This document shows positions 27,201 through 40,878 of a stretch of DNA of 64,000 nucleotides, in pieces (position 1 is the stretch's first letter; the number at the start of each line of letters is the position of its first letter). Under the pieces are notes generated by a model. It ran no database searches and was not told where the DNA came from. It worked only from the letters and a program-made list of their open reading frames with translations. The translations under genes were made by a program, and so were the position numbers. The DNA is from Octopus sinensis (taxonomy: Eukaryota). The DNA lies in NCBI RefSeq assembly GCF_006345805.1, contig NC_043017.1, forward strand, positions 8,990,001-9,054,000. Reading direction: 5' to 3'.

Positions 27201-29141
27201 TTTCCACCTACCAAATCCACTTACAGAGCATTAGTTGGCCTAGGGCCATAGTAGAAGACACTTGCCCAAGGTGCCACACAGTGGAACCTAACCGCAAACC
27301 ACATCGTTGGGGAAAGTAAGCTTCTTTCTGCACAGCCACGCCTGTACCGTAGTGGGTTTTTTTTAAAGTTACTCCTCTCTTTCTCTCTCTCTCTCTCTTC
27401 CCCCCCTCCCCCACTTCTTTCCTCCGTCCCCCTCCTCTTTCACTTTCACTGACTCAACCGTTTCCCTTCTCCCACCTGCAACACAACAACACATCTTCAG
27501 CTGTTACTTATTTGTTGTTAATGATATTGTTGCTGTTGTTACTGTTTGCTCATAGTTTTGAAACAAGATTCAGAACAATGCACCCATACCTGTACCTATA
27601 TAAATAGCTTTTTTGTATTAATTAGTTACCTTTAACTGAGGTGTGTTAAGTAATTTTAATATTTCTAAAGCGAGCTACGAATAAAATATAAGTACAGCGG
27701 ATTTTGTTTCTTATATTTATCTTTATCATTTCCATAACCTATTTTATATCATGTTACTGTCCGTAAGCCTGGGTGTTGCCACCTGTAATACAGAGGAGAA
27801 AAAGAACCTGATCAGCCAGTGTCAGTTTGTGCAGGCTGCTGTCGAGGTCTCGACTGTTCTCGGACACTGCACTGGCTTGGAAGGTATCCAGGACATCAAG
27901 GCAATGATGGTGGATCAAGATGGTGTGGTTGGTAGATTTTGTTGCTGTGGTCCAGGTTGGAACCTGGCCATAATAATCTTTTCTATTCGAGGCATGAGGC
28001 CTGAAATTTGTCTGGATCTGATCAGGTTGAACATAAAACATGTAGAATATTGAGGCTGGATATGGCGAGTTTAAGTGTTAAAGGGTTAATGTTTTCCTTT
28101 TTGCTTCTTCTTGTAAAAGTACGTAAGATTGTATGACTAAAACGAAAAGATGTTTGGGAATTGTAACTCTGTTGTCTTAAAGGAAGGAAACATTGGACAA
28201 TGGAATAACACCATCTTAAATATCAAGTGATCCATCCCAAGCCATAGGCTCACAGGGCTAGTTTCCTGGATTCTGTGGTGGATGTATTGCCCCACTGGAT
28301 AGAACACCACTCCGTCGGAGGGACAACTCCTTTTTGCCAGCAGATTGGACTGGAATGATGTGAAATGAAGTGTTTTGCTCAAGAACATAATGCATTGCCA
28401 GGTCCAAGAATTGAAACCACAATCTTATGCTCATGAGTGCAGCACCCTAATCACTAAGCCATGTGCCTCCACAGTCTTTAGATATACTATATCTAAATAA
28501 AAGATTGGATGGTCATGGTTGGAATATTCTTGATCAAAGGTCTGTTGGTTTAGTGTTGATCCATGGGGCTAAACACTGACTCTGTTTCTGTACAGGGGTT
28601 GATTCATTTGACTCAAATTTTTCATGCCGGTGCCCCAGCATGGCCACAGTCTTATGACTGAAACAAGTAAAGTATAAAAGGTAATGATTTAAGGGAGATT
28701 TGACTGCTACTTGTAGCACTTTGGGCAACCACCTAATAATTGCTTGTGGTTTGTTTATGGTTGTCATCTTCTTCTGCTCCAGTTGGTCAGTTCACCATGC
28801 ATGTCCCTCCCCCTCCTGTTCCTCCCTCAACTATTGAGTTACCCTTCAACCCCTCAAAGTGTAGTGGAAGAGGACTTGGGTTCTTGTTTTCTCTGTCTAC
28901 AATGACTGACTCCTTCATTTACAACTACTCTGCCCACTCCCCCTACTCGTTGGCCCTGCTTCATTGCTTTCTGTGTGGATGTGGTGTGTGTGTTTTGGTG
29001 GGGGTAAAAAGTATTTCTCTTTGTATGTGTGGATTGATTGTGTGTGTGTGTCTATGGTTATTTGGATGTGACACTAAGTGGATGTGTTTTGTGTGTGTGT
29101 TGGGCTGGGCTTTGTTTATACCTGTGTGAAGTCATGCATGC

Positions 29142-29175
<34 letters not shown>

Positions 29176-31181
29176 CCTTCCCACTCATGTTGGATTGTGT
29201 TTTGTTTACATCTGTGCATGCACGTGTGTGGGGGGTGGGGGCAGTGGTGGGGGTGGGGTGGTATCGCCTGGCAGTCACTGGGGTGACATACACTTGAATA
29301 GATTTAATTTCATGAAGAATGAATATACATTCACACATGTTCACAAGCATACACGTGCATATGTATTTTTCTAAATTTAAAATAAAATTCGCTGGTATAC
29401 AGGTATATGCACCTGCATGTGTGTAAAAGCAATTAATTGTTTAATGTTTAAACATTTGATCCTTTGAGGAGACACCCCCCACTCCAAACACCCAAGCTCT
29501 ACAGAACCTGTACCCCACATAGGCCTCTTTATTTAGTAAATAAATAAATAAAAAGGTGCAGGTGTGGTTGTGTGGTAAAAAGTTTGCTTCCCAACTACAT
29601 GGTTCTAGGTTCAGTCCCACTGCATGGCACCTTTACTATTGTCCTGGGCCAACCAAAGCATTCTGAGTTGAATTTGGTAGACAAAAGCTGAAAGAAGCCT
29701 GTTGTTGATGTGTGTGTGTGTCTTTGCGTTTGTCCCCTACCACTACTTGTTGACAACTGGTGTTGGTTTGTTTATATCCCTGTAACTTAGTGGTTTGGCA
29801 AAAAGAGACTGGGAGAAGAAGTACTGAACTTTGATAAAAAAATCAGTATGGAGGTCAATTTGTTTATCTAAACCCTTCAAGGGTTTGGGTGCCCCAGCAT
29901 GGCCACAGTCTAATGACTGAAACAAGTAAAGGATAAAAGACGAAGAATTTTTTTTTTTTGAATAGTGAATCTTGAAGCATTTAAAGCCATTGATCGCTAG
30001 TCACAATGCGCTTTGCATTGTTAAAGCCTTTGGATGACACTACCTCTCTGGCTAGGCAAGCAGGCCACCATTTCCTCCACCATCAAACTGGAGCAACACG
30101 AAATGAAATGTATTGCTCAAGAACACAACATGCCACCCGGTCTCTTGGAAACAAGTGAGGGTTGGCAACAGAAAGGGCATCCAGTTGTAGAAAATCCACC
30201 TCAATAAACTCCATCTGACCCCTACATGCACGGAAAGGTGGGCATTAAAGTGACGATGATATTCATGTTGTATGTATTTGTCTGTGTGTATGTGATTGAC
30301 TCTGTAACTTAACATCACATAGTAATTGTAGATAAATGCCGCTGCCATACAAATGATGGTGTTTTTTTGTTTTGTTTTGTTTTGCAATCTTCAGTGAAAA
30401 CATGTCTGGCTGTTGTGCTGTTTATGTGCAAAGCACTAGAAGAAATATTACCTTGTTTGGGGGTGGGGCAAGGTGGAAAGATAAGAATATTCAACAGGAA
30501 AAGTATTCAGCCATAGACAATTTGCTTTGATGAATTTCCTCTGAACCATGCTAACCTGGAAAAGTAGGGGTTAAAATGATGATTGTGGCAGCAGCTGGAT
30601 ATTTGGGCTTTTATGTACACAAACAAACACAGGCATTATCATGATGAGGTTAATTTCAATGTAATTCTAACCACCACAATGGTCAAAGGTCAAGCAACTA
30701 TTTTGTCTACCTGTGGTTGTCTATGAACACATCTCCACAACCACCACCACCACCATGGCAGCCTCACCCCTACTCTGCTCCTACACTTCAGGGTGGTTTG
30801 TTGTCAAGCTTCACTGGAGAATAATAATAAAACTTTAAGGCTCAAACTTCCATTCTTAACAGTTTTGTGGTGGGGGTGGGGTGGGGTGGGGGAGATGGGA
30901 AGCCATTCAACTTGAATTTTTTTCTATTTCCCCCTTCTATTTTTCTTCTCTTCTCCCCCTCTCTCTCCTCTTATCTCCTCTTGTTCCTCTTCCTCTCTCC
31001 TTCTATTTCTCCCTCTCCTTCTATCCCTTGCTTGCTTAGTTTAGTTTTCCTCTACCTGTTTGTTCTCTCTCTCCCTCCTTTTATTCTGAGTGTTTCTTCT
31101 TTCAGTCCTGCACTTACAGAGAGAGGAAGTTGCATGCTAATATGTACTTGTAATCTCTGCCATGCACACAGACAGGATATG

Positions 31182-31212
<31 letters not shown>

Positions 31213-32937
31213 GCACACAAATATACACATCCATACAGGCACACACACACACACACAAGCAGAGACCCATGCAGCAACATATTAGCAGTCACACGCACAC
31301 ACAGCAGAGCAGTCGTCACAAGAGGTACACTGGAACGCATAGACACAAAGAAATGCATTCACACACACACACACACAGAAATACATGCACACATACACAG
31401 TAGAATGTGAGGACATGCACACGCACACATTGTGATTACACACATGTGCATTTGATGGGGCATTGCTATAAAAGTGCATGAGGTCTTGATGAGGCTTCAT
31501 GTATTTTAAGAGTTGTGCTCCTGCATGGCCACGGTCTTTGATCTGGAACACATAAACAGCATAAAGGAATAGAGGAATACACGGACATTGATCTACATAA
31601 AGTTGTAATTACGTACGCATAGAGAGGAATACAGAGCCATTACATACAGAGGCATGGTGTGGCTGTGTGGTAAGAAGCTTGCTTCCCAACCATATTGTTC
31701 CAGGTTCAGTCTCACTGTGTGGCACCTTAGGCAGATGTCTTGTACTATAGCCTCTGGCTGACTAAAGCCTTGTGAGTGGATTTGGTTGACTGAAACTGAA
31801 AGAAGCCCGCCTTATGTGTATATGTGTATGTATATGTATATGTATGTATATATATATATATATATATTTACGTGTGTCATTGTGTCTTTGTTTGTCCCCC
31901 TCCCCACCACTGCTTGACATCTGGTGTTGGTGTATTTACATCTTTGTAACTTAGCGGTTTGGCAAAAAGGCCCAATAGAATAAGGCTTACAATGAATAAG
32001 TCCTGGGGATGATTTCTTCGACTAAAAAAAACCCTTAAAGGCAGTGCTCCAGCATGGGTGCAGTAAAAGAATAAAAGAATATATATAGAAAACATGGCGA
32101 TATATGCATACATCATCATCATTGTCATTTAATGCCCATTTTCCATGCTGGCATGGGTTGGACGATTTGACTGGAAACTGGTAAGCTGGAGAGTTGCACC
32201 ACATTCCAGTCTGATCTGGCAAGGTTTCTACAGCTGGATGCCCTTCCTCATGCCAACCACTCCAAGAGTGTGGTAGGTGCTTTGTATGTGCCACCGGCAA
32301 GAGTGCCTGTTACAAAACACTAGCATTGGCCGTGACTACAATCTAACCTGGCTTGACAGGTCTTCTCAAGCATAGCATATTGTCATTACCTCCATGAACC
32401 CCGAAGCTGGAAGGGTGCTTTCTACATGCCACTGGCATACACAAGAATGCCAGAGCATGCATATATCTGCACTTATACATACAGTTGTGGCCACACCAGT
32501 GCACAAATAGCAAAGACATATATACACGAATGCCAGTATATATATATATACATACGCACGCTCCTATGCATACAGTTGTGATCAGCCCAGCACGCTGAAG
32601 AATACAAAGACCTATATACTTAAATATGGACACACACACACACACAACTATACATATACACATGCATGCATGCACATACATAGAAGAGACTACATACACA
32701 CCCAGGAACGTCAAGGCAAACATACACATGTACATACAGTTGCAATTACAACCACACACACACACACACACATATATATACATACACACAAACACACAAT
32801 GCTCCCATCTAACTGTTCTGTTAGTTTTCTAATCAATTTGTATGTCTGCCATTTCACCACCACCTCCACCCTCTGCTCTGTCTACTGTTTATAAATGAGT
32901 TTGGATTGTGTTATGGTGGGAAACTGTAAGGTTGCTG

Positions 32938-32976
<39 letters not shown>

Positions 32977-34099
32977 GGAAGAGAGATAGAGAGCAGAATG
33001 GTAAAGGGCAAAATTAACATGCATACACACACACACACACACAATATATATATATATATACACAGAAGCATGTGAGCATATGTATGAGCTTGTGTAAAGG
33101 GTAGATTATAGTATATATATTATATGTGTGTATATATATATATGTGTGTGCGTGTGTATATGTATGTGTGTATGTATACATACACACATATGTATACACA
33201 CATATGTATGTGTGTATTTAGATGTTTATGTAAACATGTTTGTGTATTTGAATATATACATAAGTATGTGTGTGCGTGTGTATATATATATATACATATA
33301 TACACACACGCATACATGGGTGTATATTTAGATATATATAAGTATGTGTGTATTTACACACATGAACGCACACACGAACATGCGTTTTATTCTGGGAGAG
33401 TTAATCTACTGTTAGTAACAGAGCATTAGTTATTGTTGTTATTTAACCACAGGTTTGTCCTGATGAAGCAGACCTATAATCAAAAGACATTCCAGCTGTT
33501 GTGACCATCCTGTCTTTTTCTATGCTCATGGAACCCAAGACCACATTATCTATTGTGTCCCTTTCTAAGATGATGAAGCAAGAGAAATTTGGCTGCTATT
33601 TCTAGTACTTCAAATGGTTATTTGGTGGCTCCCTCATCGTTTTATCATTTTAACATCCACTTTTCTATGCTTGCATGTGTTAGGTGGAATTATTCATTGA
33701 TGCAGATTTTCTATGGCCAGATGCTCTTCCTGTCACCAAACCTCAGCTGTTTCCAAGCAGAATTATATCTTCCCTATGGTTCCGGGTTCAGTCCCGCTGC
33801 TTGGCACCTTGGGCAACTGTCTTCTACTATAGCCTCAGGCCAACCAAAGACTTCTGTGTGGATTTGGTAGATGGAATACACTCTTGGAAGGGTTGGTCCT
33901 AGGAAAGGCATCCAGCCGTAGAAAACCATGCCAAATCAGACTGGATCCTGGCGCAGCATGCCAGCCCAGTCAAACCGTCCGACCCATGCTAGCATGGGCA
34001 ATGATGGTGATGCATATAGTTTCTGTGTCACTGTTTGACAACCAGTGTGGATATGTTTACATCCCTGTAACTTAGCTCAAAAGGTCTCTGAATAAGGAT

Positions 34100-34416
34100 T
34101 GTTTAAGGATGTTGAACGAAACCACCCATGTTTCCAAAGGTGAATTATCCAAACCTCTAAGAATTCCTTTCAACACATGGCTATGATGCTCCCCCACTAC
34201 TTCTGCTCATGATCAGAGATGCACATATCATCAGCCACTAAGGGACATGATCAACTGACAAGCAAATCTGTGGTATTGAGCAGAATATTTGCTGTAGCCC
34301 ATCTTTTATACCAAGACAAAACAATGTACATGATAACACTTCCAATCAGTTAAGATCAGAAGCCATGAGAGCCACTGTCTGGTACTGCATCAGGGCATTT
34401 ATTATTATCATCATCA

Positions 34417-34465
<49 letters not shown>
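34100..34465 (+). mobile_element. Retroposon 3' end with (TTA)n tail
   Basis: The segment ends cagggcatt followed by a long tattattat tail. Family assignment rests on recall of octopus repeats only. Confidence 0.5.
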
Positions 34466-34467
<2 letters not shown>

Positions 34468-35530
34468 GGGTGGCGTGTTGGCAGAATCATTAGCACACCA
34501 TGTGAAGTGCTTAGTAGTATACGTCTACCATTACGTTTAAAGTTCGAATTCTGCTGAGGTAAACTTTGCCTTTCATCCTTTCAGGGTCAATTAAATAAGT
34601 ACCAGTTACACACTGGGGTTGATGTAATTGACAGTTCCCTCCTTCCCCCCAAAATTTCGGGCCTTGTGCCTGTAGTAGAAAGGATTATTATTATTATTAT
34701 TATTATTATTGTTTTATATATAGATATATATATATATATATATAATATATATATATATATGTAAAAGGTAGTGAGCCAGCAGAGCTGTTAGCACACTGGA
34801 CAAAGTGCTTGGTGGCATCTCTCCTGACTTTACATTCTGAATTCAAATGCCATTGGAGTTGATAAAATAAGTACCAGCTGAGCACTTGGGTCCATTTAAT
34901 CTTATTCTCTCCCTCACTTCCCACCAAGATTTCAGGCTTTGTGCCTATAATATAAAGGATTGTTATTATTGTTGTTTTAATGCCAGAATAAAAAAATGTC
35001 ATTCCAACCAAGAGTTCACTGTTTGGATGGACCCTGTCCCTAACACCTGAGGAAGGTCATACTTGATTGAACACAACTCTCTACCTGCTCCCACCACCCC
35101 ACCACCACTTAGTGACCCCCCCCCCAAGAAAGAAAGAATAGTAAAGCAAAAATGCCTGGTCTCTAATGAAAATAAATATTTAACTAGCTGTGTTTAGGGT
35201 CTGAAGAGGGTTTGTACCCTGTTTGCCAATAGAGTACTTAAGGCTTCCCTTGTGTTCCTTGTTTGTCAATAAACTACTTAGGGGTCCAGTTATGTTGCCT
35301 GTTAAGTGTTGATTATAATTAACAGCACCTGTTATAAGTGGATGGGTGTGTGGGTGACAGGCAGGCTGGGGCTGTTTGTGTATTTCAAGGGTTGCCTTTG
35401 TTCCATCTAAGTAGGTAATTTGGGGTCCCTGGTGACAAGGGAATGGGTGAGGCTCCTAATGAAATGTTGGGATTCATACACACCCTTGTTTGATTTTTCT
35501 CATGGGATTCTTTTTGCCTTAGTGTATGCC

Positions 35531-35566
<36 letters not shown>

Positions 35567-35864
35567 CGTGCACGCATATATGTGTATGTATATATTCTTT
35601 TATTTTTTTACTTATTTCAGTCATTTTGACTGCGGTCATGCTGGAGCATCACATTTAGTTCAGCAAATCAACCCCAAGATTTATTCTTTGTAAGCCTAGT
35701 ACTTATTCTATTGGACTCTTTTGCTGAACTGCCAAGTTACGGGGACGTAAACACACCATCAGTTGTCAAGCAATATTGGGGAGACAGACACTGCTATTAA
35801 GTTATACATGGCCTGGGCCTATACTGGCCGAAACGTATCAAAATTTATATATACACACACACAA

Positions 35865-36112
35865 CGGGCTTCTTTCAGTTTCCGTCTACCAAATCCACTC
35901 TCAAGACTTTGCTTGGCCTGAGTCTGTAGTAGAAGACACTTGCCCAAGATGCCACGCAGTGGAACTGTGTGGTAAGAAGCTTGCTTCCCAACAACATGGT
36001 TTCAGGTTCAATTGTACTGAGTAGTACCTTGGAAAAGTGTCTTCTGCTACAGTCTTGGGCTGAACAAAAGCCTTGTGAGTGAATTTGATTGACAGAAACT
36101 GAAAGAAGCCTT
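35865..36112. mobile_element. Two abutting SINE-A copies in opposite orientation
   Basis: 35865-35962 is a minus copy (ggcttctttcagtttccgtctaccaaatcc...). 35966-36112 is a plus copy ending gaaactgaaagaagcc. Confidence 0.8.
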
Positions 36113-36886
36113 ATATATATGTGTGTGTGTGTGTGTTTGTGTACTAGTTTAGTTAAAATGGATGTTTCACTCACATATGTACTACAAATACACACACACA
36201 CACACACACACACACATAAACATGCATGGAATCATGTAAGGGTATTGTTGTGGAATTAATCACGCACACACAGTTAAGGACACACCAAATGACAATGTTT
36301 GGCATAAACGTATACACATACAGAGGTACAAGAACTACAGAGGAACATAGAAAGTGTGTACAGAAACACACATACAGGCACGCACACATGCTTGTTAGAG
36401 ATGCACAGACACATAAACACACACACAACACCCATGCACACAGCTACATCAACATACGCACACATAAACACATACACTCACAAACTGACACGCAATCATA
36501 CAGTTACACACTAACATACGCTCACACATAGACATGCACACACAGCCACGCACAGCAGTTTTTTTATACATACACATTGTGCATTAAACATATGTATATA
36601 GATATACAAAAGCAGTTACACCAACACACACACACACACATCCACACATATACACACATAGACATGCACACACAGCCACACACAATACTTACATCAGCAA
36701 CAGCACGTGGAGCTCCCTAAAGTAGTACAACTTTCCCATGATCTTTGACACAGCTTTAAAGAGAAGCAGTCACATGTACACACACACACATGCAATGGTG
36801 TATATGTTTGACAAAACACACAAACATTGTGTGTGTATTTATGAGCTTGTGTGTGTGTGTGTGTGTACATACATACAATAGTTGGT

Positions 36887-36889
<3 letters not shown>

Positions 36890-36934
<45 letters not shown>

Positions 36935-37448
36935 GCGCATATATAGATATATATATGTGTATATATATGTGTATGTATATATATGTATGTATATATATAT
37001 GTGTATGTATATATATGTATGTATATATATATGTGTATGTATACATGTATGTATATATATATATGCATATATACATCTATGTATATATGTATATCTATCT
37101 ATATATATATGTCTATATGTATGTATATATGTATATATATATATGTCTATATGTATGTATATATGTATATCTATCTATATATATATGTCTATATGTATGT
37201 ATATATGTATGTATATATATATATGTATATATATCTATGTATGTATATATAATACTATATATGTATATTTATATATGTATATATATCTATGTATGTATAT
37301 ATAATATTATATATGTATATATATATATGTATGTATATATATCTATGTATGTATATATATGTCTATATATCTATGTATGTATATATATGTCTATATATCT
37401 ATGTATGTATATATATGTCTATATATGTATGTATATTTATATATGTAC

Positions 37449-37479
<31 letters not shown>

Positions 37480-37480
37480 T
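36890..37480. repeat. Compound (TA)/(TATG)/(TCTA) microsatellite, about 590 bp
   Basis: Direct inspection. Confidence 0.95.
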
Positions 37481-39449
37481 GAGTGTTTTCTGAAATAGAA
37501 ACAAAGGACTCAATACATGGCATAGGGTCAAATAGTTATTTATTTTTAAAAAGTTGACACTGTGATTTCAAAGTTTCATGGACGTGTGTCTGTGTGCATG
37601 TAGATAATGTCTGTGTCTGTGAGTTTACATACATACATACGTATATATACATATATATAAAACACATGCATATACACACAGACATGTGAATGATGCTGAT
37701 CTGTATAGCTAGATATATTGTTGTTTATATATAAATGTGTGTGTATGTATGTGTATATATGTGTGTGTATGTGTGTGTGTACATTACACGTATGCACATA
37801 TAAAATCACACATACGTATATATATTAATGTGTAGGAATGTGTAAAAAAAATTGTATAAGCCAAAAGCAACACCACACACAAACTCACTCATAGATGCAC
37901 ACACAACAAATGCTCACACACACACACACACACACCATCTTATGTGTCTCGTCTCATGCGTACGTAGTGCACCACCCCACTCTGTCGCAGCGCACAAATA
38001 TATATGTTTCCAGGCCAGTGTCAGATCTGAACTCACCACCACAGCCACCACCACCATCATGATTATCATCATCATCACCACCATCATCATATCGCAGTGA
38101 GAATGTCTACAGTGTAAGTAGTGCGGGAGGGGAGGCAGGTTGTAAACTACATACTACTCTGCCATCACCACCATCATCAGTATTATCAACAACATCATCA
38201 TCATCATCATTACCACAATCACCACAACACTACTGTCAGCTCAGACGACAAAGAATGCAGAGAGAGAGAGAGAGAGAGAAGGTGTTTGTATCAGGGTTGG
38301 TGGTGGTGGTGGTGGTGGTGGTTGAAGGGTGTTGGTGGAGTGGAAGCGGCATCATTTCGCATCATCAACCTCAATAGGAACAGATGGCACCATGATAGCC
38401 TGGAAATGAGTGGATCCGCTCTCTTGTCTCGTATGCGTGTGTGTATGTATGAGTCTGCATTTACATACATATTTATGTGTCCATGCATAGATATGCAAAT
38501 GCATACACAGGTGCACATGCACCTGTGCATAAGTATGCATACTCACACACACGCACTGACAATTATAAGGTTATGGTTTCAATTCATGGACCAGGCAGTG
38601 CATTATGTTCTTGAGCAGGGTACTTCATTTCATGTTGGCTGCAAGAGGATTCTAGTATAAGCTGGGGGAGTTAGCCCTACAGTGGACTGGCATCCCATCC
38701 AGGGGTCAGAGAGTTGTAATCATAGTCGCTTACATGCCATGGGGACTGGGTTAAACTCCAACCTTATGAATCCTAGGGGTCATGGCATACTTAAGAGATA
38801 TTATTTTGCCTGAAATAAAATGGGATGGTTATGGTTAGAATGCCTTTGGTCAAAGGTCTGCTCCATCAGATTCACCTAGCAGGGAGTGTGATGTTCCAAG
38901 ATGCTCAATGGGTTTTTTTTTCTTATAGTTATCTCCCTTGATGGACGCTGTTAACAGTGCATGACAGGAACTTGGGGTGGGGTCTCTGGTGTGAGTTCCC
39001 CTGTGGTCCGGCAGAACTTGAACATTGGTACGTGACATGCATTGTGGTACCCCTTCATCTTCAGACGATATTACTTGGATATTAGTCTTGTAGGTCATTG
39101 TTCATTGACTTGAATCCTCTCTTCCCAACTAAGAAGGGGCCATGCTTACCGAACAGCATTTGTGACAGGAGAGCATTAGTTGGCTTGGGTGCTATAGTAG
39201 AAGACACTTGCCCAAGATGCCATGCAGTGGGACTGAACCCGAATCCACATGGCTGCAACCCGGCTGGTCTTGTTTTCATAAGTTTTGAATTAAAATCTTC
39301 CACCAAACCTTAGTCACAATTTATCTTCCTAACACTAGCTGAATGATAACGAAGTTATTTTACTAAATTCTTCGTTTTATTTAAAGTAATTAAAAGAAAC
39401 ACAGAGCCTCTCAAAATAAATACAGTAACAAAAGAGTTAACCTCTCAGC

Positions 39450-39700
39450 CATGCTTGCTCCAATCTTCCATACATACTTTTCCCCAACCATGGCCTTCAT
39501 TCAGACCACTTCACACTTCTGATCCTGGTCAACAAACCTGTTTTGTTGAATACGCTTAATCTCTAGCACCTCTTCTACCAACCTGATATTGCTCCATTCT
39601 TTTTCCTTTCTTCCTGTTTTTCCAAAGCTTGTCTCTTAGCTGATTGGCGGAGGATCGGGTGACTGGCCAGTTCTCCGGAGCTACTGTCTTTTGTGTCATG
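39450..39700 (-). mobile_element. Probable decayed LINE AP-endonuclease fragment
   Basis: Minus frames give KLWKNRKKGKR and LVEEVLEIKRI...MKAMVGEKV, resembling RTE endonuclease segments. Frameshifted. Confidence 0.4.
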
Positions 39701-39820
39701 GAACTCCAAGTCTCTTGATCCATCCTGATTTCTGATGCTACAGAAATATCTTCCTTGCATGCCAGATCAGCTCTGTCATTATCCATATTTGCATATATAT
39801 GTGAACATGTGTGTATAAGT

Positions 39821-39860
<40 letters not shown>

Positions 39861-40267
39861 AAATGACAAGTGACTGGGTGTTGAGGTGATTTGCTGCACT
39901 TTAGAAGATACATCAAGCTAAGGGAAAATCGTGGTCTTCCATACATACAAGCATGTCCCTTGCAAGTGTTGGTGCCACTTACAATGCACTTGTGCCAGTG
40001 GTGCGTAAACGCATCCGTGCCAGTAGCACGTGGAAAGCACCCAGCACACTCTGCAAAGTGGTTGGCGCTGGGAAGGGCGTCCAGCTATAGGAAACCATGC
40101 CAGAGCAGATGGCTGGAATCTGGACAGCTCCCAACCATGCCAGCTCCTCTCAAACCATCCAACCCATACCAGCATGGAAAACGTATGTCAAACAACAATG
40201 GTGGTGGTGGTGATGATGATGATAATGATATCTATATACTCACCTAATATTTGTGTGTGCATGTGTA

Positions 40268-40323
<56 letters not shown>

Positions 40324-40698
40324 CACACTCCCCTGGTATTTATGTTGTGTGTGCGTATGTGTGTGTGATGTTCTCTTCCTTCAAGCTGTGCATGAGATTC
40401 AGTGTGTTTCTCTGTTAAAACTTGTTTAGGTAAAGAACATCCTTAATTGGGTGATTTACCTGAAGAATGTTTCTCTCTCAGATATTTTGGAGCAGTAAAT
40501 GATGTTGAGGAGTTTCTCAACTTGAAATATTCATTATCTTACTAAGAGCATCCTCCAAGTGTATACACACACACACACACACACACTTCTTCTCTCACTT
40601 GTGAAGTCGTAAGAGTGTGTATTTATGCATATATATGCATATGTGTGTGTCTGTGTGTGACACACATGCACCACACAATTGCATGACTGTGTGTACAT

Positions 40699-40731
<33 letters not shown>

Positions 40732-40846
40732 CACACACACATGCATATATATACATGTATACATGTGTGTCTATGTATATATGTGCACATATGTGTGTTT
40801 GTGTGTATATATGTGAGTGTGTATGTGTGTGTATATATATATATAC

Positions 40847-40878
<32 letters not shown>

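Noticed and set aside
38929-39027. Exon-like segment with ttttcttatag acceptor and gtacgt donor
   Set aside because: All three frames contain stops, and there is no other support.
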